NCBI GenBank assembly: GCA_034659935.1
Contig: JAYEIC010000020.1
Location: 5,258 to 69,257, forward strand
Reading direction: 5' to 3'
Length of the DNA: 64,000 bases
Source of the DNA: Methanobacteriota archaeon
GTDB lineage: Archaea; Halobacteriota; Methanomicrobia; Methanomicrobiales; Methanomicrobiaceae
Under the pieces are notes generated by a model. It ran no database searches and was not told where the DNA came from. It worked only from the letters and a program-made list of their open reading frames with translations. This document shows positions 58,077 through 64,000 of the stretch, piece after piece. The first letter of the stretch is position 1, and each line of letters opens with the position of its first letter. A program made the position numbers and the translations under genes.

Positions 58077-58817
58077 TTAGAGTAATCCTCCAAGCTTTGG
58101 TAGTAATACCAATAACATCATGAATATAATTAACCCTGCTACAAGACCGTACAGGATACCAATATCCCTTCCAATCTTTCTTCCTGCACGCTGGGCAATC
58201 TCAGCATCTGCGAATTCAATCTTCTTCTCGATTGCATTAAGACGCTGTTCGATTTCAAGGAACTGTGGGTTTGCTCCCGCAACAGCTGCACCGCCTGCTC
58301 CACCCTCGTCTTCACTGACTTCAACAACCATCGCGTCGCCTTCAAAGGCGCCGGGGTCTCTTGCAGTCAGCTCGTTAATCTTTGCGGTGATCTCACCTAC
58401 ATCCTCGGTTTCCATGATGTCGACAAACTCGACCTGTTCCTGGAAACGTTTGATTGCAGCGTCATCAAGGTTCTCAATGAACGGGATTGCCCCCTTTGTG
58501 CCAACGATCTTACCGCCGTCCACACCATTTGCGTGCAGTGCAATAAGACTCTGACCACTAAGGTGACCCTTCACTTCAGTCCCGCAGGTGATCACGAAAC
58601 GGATGTTCGGATTGGAAACGATGTTTGCAACCATCTTTTCAAGACCGAGGTTCTCTGTCTTACAGGAACCGCAAATTGCTGCTCCCGCATCACAGATACC
58701 CTGCTCATCAAGATGAGAACCCATCGTGGCAACGACAACACAGCTCTCAGCACTACCTGTATGATAGTCACCCTGAACAATTGGCCAGCCGCTTGCCGGT
58801 GATTTCTTATCTGCCAT
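58077..58817 (-). CDS. MtrA-MtrG fusion: second corrinoid-binding MtrA domain joined to an MtrG-like membrane anchor
   Basis: 246 aa. Residues 1-~173 differ from MtrA (59036..59758) at only 2 positions. The C-terminus [47 protein letters not shown] carries the conserved MtrG core ([11 protein letters not shown]). No separate mtrG gene is present. Confidence 0.85.
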   Translation of the reverse strand: MADKKSPASGWPIVQGDYHTGSAESCVVVATMGSHLDEQGICDAGAAICGSCKTENLGLEKMVANIVSNPNIRFVITCGTEVKGHLSGQSLIALHANGVDGGKIVGTKGAIPFIENLDDAAIKRFQEQVEFVDIMETEDVGEITAKINELTARDPGAFEGDAMVVEVSEDEGGAGGAAVAGANPQFLEIEQRLNAIEKKIEFADAEIAQRAGRKIGRDIGILYGLVAGLIIFMMLLVLLPKLGGLL

Positions 58818-59029
58818 TAGAGACCTCCCAGAACAAGTGCAGGCACCAATACAACGACCAGTGAAATAATCAGTCCGGCCATAAACCCGGGAACACCTGA
58901 ATCCATGATAGCTGATTCAAGTTTGTTTGTACGGGCAATGATCTGACTCTTATATTTCATGTTAGCTACCATATTGTCGATTGCCGCCATTCTGATAGGC
59001 CCACCTGATTTCTTTTCTTCTTCTGCCAT
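58817..59029 (-). CDS. mtrF: Tetrahydromethanopterin S-methyltransferase subunit F
   Basis: 70 aa. [21 protein letters not shown] followed by a single TM helix, like MtrF. Lies between the two mtrA copies. Confidence 0.75.
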   Translation of the reverse strand: MAEEEKKSGGPIRMAAIDNMVANMKYKSQIIARTNKLESAIMDSGVPGFMAGLIISLVVVLVPALVLGGL

Positions 59030-59035
59030 TCTAGA

Positions 59036-59758
59036 TCACCCCATTAAAAGGAAGCCCAACAGAGCAAATGACACGATCAGACCGATCATGAGTCCTTCAA
59101 CTTTTCCAGAGTACACACCAGCTGCAAATCTGTCACGGTAACCGATATCAGTAACCATCATCTGGATGACCTTCATGCGTGCATGAATGAGTGCAAGCTC
59201 TCCGGAAAGTGGCTGAACTTCGCCGCCTTCTTCCCCGGCACCGCCTTCATCCTCACTGACTTCAACAACCATTGCGTCGCCTTCAAAGGCGCCGGGGTCT
59301 CTTGCAGTCAGTTCGTTAATCTTTGCGGTGATCTCACCTACATCCTCGGTTTCCATAACGTCGACAAACTCGACCTGTTCCTGGAAACGTTTGATTGCAG
59401 CGTCATCGAGATTCTCGATGAACGGGATTGCACCTTTTGTGCCAACAATCTTACCACCTTCCACACCATTTGCGTGCAGTGCGATAAGACTCTGACCACT
59501 AAGATGACCCTTCACTTCAGTCCCGCAGGTGATCACGAAACGGATGTTCGGATTGGAGACGATGTTTGCAACCATCTTTTCAAGACCGAGGTTTTCTGTC
59601 TTACAGGAACCGCAAATTGCTGCTCCCGCATCACAGATACCCTGCTCATCAAGATGGGAACCCATCGTGGCAACGACAACACAGCTCTCGGCACTACCTG
59701 TATGGTAGTCACCCTGAACAATTGGCCAGCCGCTTGCCGGTGATTTCTTATCTGCCAT
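59036..59758 (-). CDS. mtrA: Tetrahydromethanopterin S-methyltransferase subunit A (canonical, own C-terminal TM helix)
   Basis: 240 aa. [41 protein letters not shown] motifs. C-terminal helix [19 protein letters not shown]. Confidence 0.95.
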   Translation of the reverse strand: MADKKSPASGWPIVQGDYHTGSAESCVVVATMGSHLDEQGICDAGAAICGSCKTENLGLEKMVANIVSNPNIRFVITCGTEVKGHLSGQSLIALHANGVEGGKIVGTKGAIPFIENLDDAAIKRFQEQVEFVDVMETEDVGEITAKINELTARDPGAFEGDAMVVEVSEDEGGAGEEGGEVQPLSGELALIHARMKVIQMMVTDIGYRDRFAAGVYSGKVEGLMIGLIVSFALLGFLLMG

Positions 59759-59769
59759 AACTTATCACC

Positions 59770-60054
59770 TCACATTAATCCAAACGCGATTACACCCGCG
59801 ATAAATAATCCGACTGCCATACCATACCACATTGCTGTCAATCCACCTGCATAAAGCAGTGATGTCTCCCTGTTCGGGAATGTCTCATGGAATGCACCCT
59901 CACCAGATAACATATTCACAAGATCATCGGCAGCAGCTTCAAGTGTGCCTACCTTCTCAATGACCGGAGCAAATGATTCGCCCGCAGAGGTCACAAGACC
60001 TATAACAGGATCTGCAACAAGGCCATATTCAGGCAGTACTTCAATATATCCCAT
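59770..60054 (-). CDS. mtrB: Tetrahydromethanopterin S-methyltransferase subunit B
   Basis: 94 aa. PEYGLVADP...LEAAADDLVN and a C-terminal TM helix, as in MtrB. Confidence 0.9.
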   Translation of the reverse strand: MGYIEVLPEYGLVADPVIGLVTSAGESFAPVIEKVGTLEAAADDLVNMLSGEGAFHETFPNRETSLLYAGGLTAMWYGMAVGLFIAGVIAFGLM

Positions 60055-60920
60055 CAGGCACCACCTTTCTCTTTAATTGGCTTTGCATCCAGCCACTCAT
60101 ATGCATCACGCTTAGAAAGAACAATGTACTCGTTGTACGTGTATGCCCATCCGATGACTGATACAAACAGTGAAACAATTACCGATCCGATAGAGAGGAA
60201 CGCAACTGACATGATGGACACACCAATCATGCTGAGGAATCCACACTCTGCTGCAAGCATAAGCGTTCTGTCCTGTGATTCATTTGGACCAAGACACGCG
60301 TTAAATGAATGCTGAAGCGCAATACCACCCAGTATAAAGACAGTTGCAAGGACACCGCCACCAAAAGCAGAGACTCCAAAGTTTGTAACTTCAATGCCAA
60401 AGACGGAAGTTGTTCCAGCGACTAAGTCTGCAAACATAAACGATCCGCCTACCATTGTTGTGAAACCGAGCATAGTCAGTGAACCGACAATTGTAAGTTC
60501 AGTGATCATCCGTGGCATCACAGGAATATTCATGTTCAGAACAGAGTTTGAGATAAAACCAAGAACTGCACCAAGAACTGCTGCAATAACCACACAGGCG
60601 ACCGGAATTAAAAGCGGACTGATTGCACCAAGTTTGGTTGCAAAAAGCATGGCAATTACACCGGATCCAAGTGACAGCATACCTGCCGAAGGCACACCGG
60701 TACCGATACCATAGCTGCAGAGCGTCTTTATCGAATTAGTACCCCACCAGAGAGCCAGTACTGCACCAATGCCACCAAGGAATGCAAAGATCTGCGTACC
60801 TGTGACTATGTTTATGTACGTGAGATAAATACAGACTAACGAACCGACAAGACCAATACCTAAGATTGTGTCATGTGGCTTGTCACCTGCGTGTTCTGTT
60901 ACACTAATTTCTGCTGACAT
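60054..60920 (-). CDS. mtrC: Tetrahydromethanopterin S-methyltransferase subunit C
   Basis: 288 aa polytopic membrane protein, in the expected position between mtrD and mtrB. Confidence 0.9.
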   Translation of the reverse strand: MSAEISVTEHAGDKPHDTILGIGLVGSLVCIYLTYINIVTGTQIFAFLGGIGAVLALWWGTNSIKTLCSYGIGTGVPSAGMLSLGSGVIAMLFATKLGAISPLLIPVACVVIAAVLGAVLGFISNSVLNMNIPVMPRMITELTIVGSLTMLGFTTMVGGSFMFADLVAGTTSVFGIEVTNFGVSAFGGGVLATVFILGGIALQHSFNACLGPNESQDRTLMLAAECGFLSMIGVSIMSVAFLSIGSVIVSLFVSVIGWAYTYNEYIVLSKRDAYEWLDAKPIKEKGGA

Positions 60921-60934
60921 ATTAACACCTCACC

Positions 60935-61765
60935 TCACACCACAACCAATAATATTGCAACAAGACCACAAACCGAGGATGCAGATGCTGCAGCAATAAC
61001 TGCACGCGGCCATCTCTTAAACTTCGGATCATGAGGACCTTCGATTGTACCCGTAATGTTGTATGCTGTAAGAACAGCGTTTACAATGAACATACCGATT
61101 GCAATCAGACCTGCAAGAGATACTGCGAGTGGCATTATTTCATCCACACCTGTGCCAAGCATAGATGGCAATGCAGTTTCATATACAGCCAGAAGCTCGA
61201 GATAAATCAGCGTACCTCCAAAACCGGATATAAGACCGCCAACGACACCTCCGACATAGGAGATGAACGGCAGACCGTGACCCTCTGTCGCCTGTGATTT
61301 AAACTCAGGGAACGTATCGCCGGTAATCGGATCTTTGTCGACCTTACCTGACGCGGCTGGAATACCCATCGAATAGACGTAGATTACATTCACCATCATA
61401 CAGGTGATTGCCATCATCAGACCGCCACCGACTGCTCCACTGGCAAGTGCAATAGCTAAACCGAATTCAGCAGCCCATGCACCTCCAAAGAGACCTGCAA
61501 GACCTGCACCTGCAGCGAGCATTGCAACACCGGTTGCGATACCGGGTGCCTGACCCATTGCTGCCGGAGCACCGCCCACAGGCACAAAGTGAACACCAAA
61601 AGCAATCAGAAGACCACCAACGGTGATACCGATAAGCGGAACCAGAGCACCTGGCGCAAGAACATATCCAATACCCACTGCAACGATAAGAATTGCAATC
61701 GCAATCGCTGATGCGGCCGGATTGATTCCCTCACCGCCTGCTGAGGCTCCACCAAGTGCACTCAT
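60935..61765 (-). CDS. mtrD: Tetrahydromethanopterin S-methyltransferase subunit D
   Basis: 276 aa. The VHFVPVGGAPAAMGQAPGIATG motif is characteristic of MtrD. Confidence 0.93.
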   Translation of the reverse strand: MSALGGASAGGEGINPAASAIAIAILIVAVGIGYVLAPGALVPLIGITVGGLLIAFGVHFVPVGGAPAAMGQAPGIATGVAMLAAGAGLAGLFGGAWAAEFGLAIALASGAVGGGLMMAITCMMVNVIYVYSMGIPAASGKVDKDPITGDTFPEFKSQATEGHGLPFISYVGGVVGGLISGFGGTLIYLELLAVYETALPSMLGTGVDEIMPLAVSLAGLIAIGMFIVNAVLTAYNITGTIEGPHDPKFKRWPRAVIAAASASSVCGLVAILLVVV

Positions 61766-62661
61766 GATGATGCCTCCTCGGGTTCGGAGTACGGACCATA
61801 GGTCTTTCGCGCCCAGGTCTCCACATATCTGTCAATAATCATGAAGATAAGAATTAAAATTACACCTGCAATTACTGCTCCCCATCCTGCGGCGAAATGC
61901 TCAAAGAAGATTGTACGCCACAGTTCCAGGAACACAATCAGACCGAAACAGACACCTGATGCAGGGCCTGCTCCTTTTGATGTAAACCAGCCGTTATCAA
62001 GTGAACTGCGCTCGCCTGCTTCAGCATAGCGGACAATGTCCCCGGAAGCTGAAATTGGCAGACCTGCACCGAACTTGTAATTCTGGTACTGGCGTTCCTT
62101 TCCGTAGAACGGGTTTCCGGTTGCTGAACCCGCAGCACCAAGTGCAATACCCCATACAAGCGCCAGAAGTGGCAGTGGGAACGGGTGACCGAGAGCTTCG
62201 ATCATAAGGAAACACATTGCAACGGTTGTAAAGATTGCAACAAAAGCGTGTGCCATAGTCACGGTTGTCACCGACTTTATAAGGTCGATATAAACCGGCT
62301 GTTCAAATTTCGCGAGACTTGATGTTCTGCCCAGAAATGCAGTGACAGAGTATACACCCTGTACAAATACTGCAACAGCTGAACCGATGATAATTGCAAG
62401 AATCGCATTTAACTGAATCGCCATTAGTGCCCATGCGATACCACCGCCCAATGCACACCATAGACCGTATGCTGGGGGTTCACCGGATATAGCTTTGTTA
62501 TATATACGATGAATATACCCCATCTGCGGAGCGAGCTGAACCTGTGAATTTGGATCACCCTGTGATCCGATATCTGATTCAGTGTCTTCCGCAGCGCCGG
62601 CCACAGTAGCAAGAGCGCCAGCTAAAGCGCTAATACCGATGCCAAGTAGTAGGTTTTCCAT
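61762..62661 (-). CDS. mtrE: Tetrahydromethanopterin S-methyltransferase subunit E
   Basis: 299 aa. AEDTESDIGSQGDPNSQVQLAPQMGYIHRIYNKAISGEPP matches the conserved MtrE N-terminal region. A GGAGGA Shine-Dalgarno-like sequence lies upstream. Confidence 0.95.
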   Translation of the reverse strand: MENLLLGIGISALAGALATVAGAAEDTESDIGSQGDPNSQVQLAPQMGYIHRIYNKAISGEPPAYGLWCALGGGIAWALMAIQLNAILAIIIGSAVAVFVQGVYSVTAFLGRTSSLAKFEQPVYIDLIKSVTTVTMAHAFVAIFTTVAMCFLMIEALGHPFPLPLLALVWGIALGAAGSATGNPFYGKERQYQNYKFGAGLPISASGDIVRYAEAGERSSLDNGWFTSKGAGPASGVCFGLIVFLELWRTIFFEHFAAGWGAVIAGVILILIFMIIDRYVETWARKTYGPYSEPEEASS

Positions 62662-62843
62662 TCAGGCATCCTCCTGTGTGCCACATGCACCTGAGTAACA
62701 CGTTACACAAACCCTTTTTGGTTCAAATAACAGTTGGTGATAGTTTAATTAAAGGTTTCGAAATAAGGACAGAGAGAAGTACAAACAACAAAAAATCCCA
62801 CACATTCCCGGAATTCAGGAGCGTTATACAATTTTTATTGATT

Positions 62844-62851
62844 AAAAAAAA
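62844..62851 (-). terminator. Oligo-T tract after mcrA
   Basis: T8 on the minus strand, ~20 nt downstream of the mcrA stop. A palindromic TTTAATTAAA (62744-62753) further downstream could be the mtr TATA box. Confidence 0.45.
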
Positions 62852-62870
62852 GTATATTTTAGCAGGGATC

Positions 62871-64000
62871 TTACCTTGCCGGTATAATAAGTGAACGCTC
62901 GCCTGCAGGAACAAACTCGCGGATTGCACCCTTTGCGAATTCGCGGCGCGGTTCTGCAAAGTCGAACTTGAGTGACGGATCTGCGAAACAGATCTTGATC
63001 AGTGGATCGAAACAGAATGCATCGCCACGTCCGTAGTGAGCACCACCGACGATAGCTGCGTACTCTCCCTGGTGACCGACGTTCATTGCATAGTTCGGAT
63101 AGTTCGGACCACGCAGTTCGCCGATAAGACCTTCGTCCGGACGGACTGAGAGTGAGTTTGCGGAACCACACTGATCCTGCAGATCGTATCCAAAGAAACC
63201 AAGACGTGACCAGCCTTCCTTGTGCGTAAGCATCGAGAGATACCATCCATTCAGACCGGCGTTTGAGTTTCCGGTTGGGATAGATGTGGACAGACCACAT
63301 GCTGCTGCAATAACACCGGCACGCTGTGAACCACCAAAGTGATCTTCCATGAGTGTCGGGAACTGCTCATACTGCTCCATTGCATTGAGGTTTACCTCAG
63401 TTGCGATGTCATTAACAATCTCCTGGGTTGGTTTGATGGTTGCATCCGGAGCAGGTGTTGTGTAGTCATAGCCGTACTTGTCCTTCACATAGTCCATACC
63501 ATAGTAGGTGAACTCATCAAGAATGTTGTCAGTGTATGCCGCGGTTGCATACTGTGTGAAACCGACACCACCGGACATGTAGGAACCAAGCCAGATCTGG
63601 TCAAAGAGCATAACACCGGCACCGACTACTTCGAGTGATGCACGGGCAGGGTCCTTCGGGTACTTCCTGTTTGCCTGGACGATATCAGAGAAGACACCGA
63701 ACTTGATGCCACCGGGCTCGTTTGGACCACGTGCACGGCGGGCAGGCAGGATAGATGCCATCTGTGAGACACCGGCGTGCTTTGCTGCGTATGAAAGATC
63801 AGCAACTGCCGCTTCACCGGCGCACATTCTGTATGCTGCAATGAAGGACATACCGATCTGCATAGCAGACCATCTGCTGGTTGTTCCGCCATCACAGGTT
63901 CTTGAGACAACTGTCGGGATGTGGATTGCCTGGTACATCGAGTTGCCGACTGCTGCCTTCAAGGTCTCTGCCTGATCTGCAGGGAAGAGTTTCTCAATGT
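62871..64000 (-). CDS. mcrA: Methyl-coenzyme M reductase subunit alpha, C-terminal ~375 aa (N-terminus beyond the right edge)
   Basis: The frame stays open to the window edge. [39 protein letters not shown] and the C-terminus [14 protein letters not shown] are typical of McrA. Confidence 0.95.
   Translation of the reverse strand, partial: IEKLFPADQAETLKAAVGNSMYQAIHIPTVVSRTCDGGTTSRWSAMQIGMSFIAAYRMCAGEAAVADLSYAAKHAGVSQMASILPARRARGPNEPGGIKFGVFSDIVQANRKYPKDPARASLEVVGAGVMLFDQIWLGSYMSGGVGFTQYATAAYTDNILDEFTYYGMDYVKDKYGYDYTTPAPDATIKPTQEIVNDIATEVNLNAMEQYEQFPTLMEDHFGGSQRAGVIAAACGLSTSIPTGNSNAGLNGWYLSMLTHKEGWSRLGFFGYDLQDQCGSANSLSVRPDEGLIGELRGPNYPNYAMNVGHQGEYAAIVGGAHYGRGDAFCFDPLIKICFADPSLKFDFAEPRREFAKGAIREFVPAGERSLIIPAR

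Noticed and set aside
1-64000. CRISPR arrays, rRNA genes, prophage or integrase genes, selenocysteine or pyrrolysine recoding.
   Set aside because: I saw no regularly spaced direct repeats of 25-40 nt, no rRNA-like sequence, and no integrase or capsid-like ORFs. No in-frame TGA or TAG interrupts an otherwise conserved gene.

Overview
The window comes from the chromosome of a methanogenic archaeon. Evidence: the 3' end of mcrA, a complete mtr operon, the A1AO ATP synthase operon (atpHIKECFABD), an archaeal DKFP-type aromatic amino-acid operon, uS12/uS7/aEF-2, S24e and Cbf5. Gene content and moderate G+C suggest a Methanomicrobiales-like hydrogenotroph, but that is inference only. I call about 60 protein genes and 2 tRNAs (Ser-GGA, Ile-GAU). 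I saw no rRNA and no CRISPR array.

Layout:
- 1-2.0 kb: partial NUDIX gene, then queC/queE/queD.
- 2.4-5.7 kb: rps12-rps7-aEF2.
- 5.7-12.2 kb: a visibly A+T-rich accessory stretch. It holds a cell-surface module with a membrane-tethered tandem-wHTH protein, hicBA, an IS4-like transposase fragment, a GNAT toxin with a 48-aa partner, an orphan paralogue of that partner, and a MITE.
- 12.2-16.6 kb: a YhaO/YhaN-type Mre11/Rad50-like pair.
- 17.2-26.0 kb: ATP synthase operon.
- 26.7-44.9 kb: housekeeping and transport genes (CaCA antiporter, DUF112/TctA-like protein, hemD, cbf5, rps24e, iorAB, Zn/Mn ABC transporter, MtaB-like methylthiotransferase, proVWX).
- 45.0-52.9 kb: nine tightly coupled aromatic-pathway genes.
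- 53.4-56.0 kb: nadX-nadA-nadC.
- 57.0-62.7 kb: mtrEDCBA-F-(A/G fusion)-H.
- 62.9 kb to the right edge: mcrA.

Observations I rank highest:
1. A short ORF just upstream of the aromatic operon, on the same strand. In one frame its last 28 codons are half Tyr/Phe/Trp, which makes it a leader-peptide attenuator candidate. An overlapping frame gives a transmembrane microprotein, so the call is ambiguous.
2. A roughly 510-bp direct duplication of the mtrA corrinoid domain. The second copy is fused to mtrG, and there is no stand-alone mtrG.
3. A Rad50/SbcC-like ATPase whose coiled-coil midpoint carries a two-helix hydrophobic hairpin where a zinc hook would be.
4. Three families of short structured interspersed repeats. 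Two copies of one family sit inside operon gaps.
5. A bacterial-type shikimate kinase fused to AroE.

Everything was read by eye from the sequence and the ORF track. No searches or computations were run.
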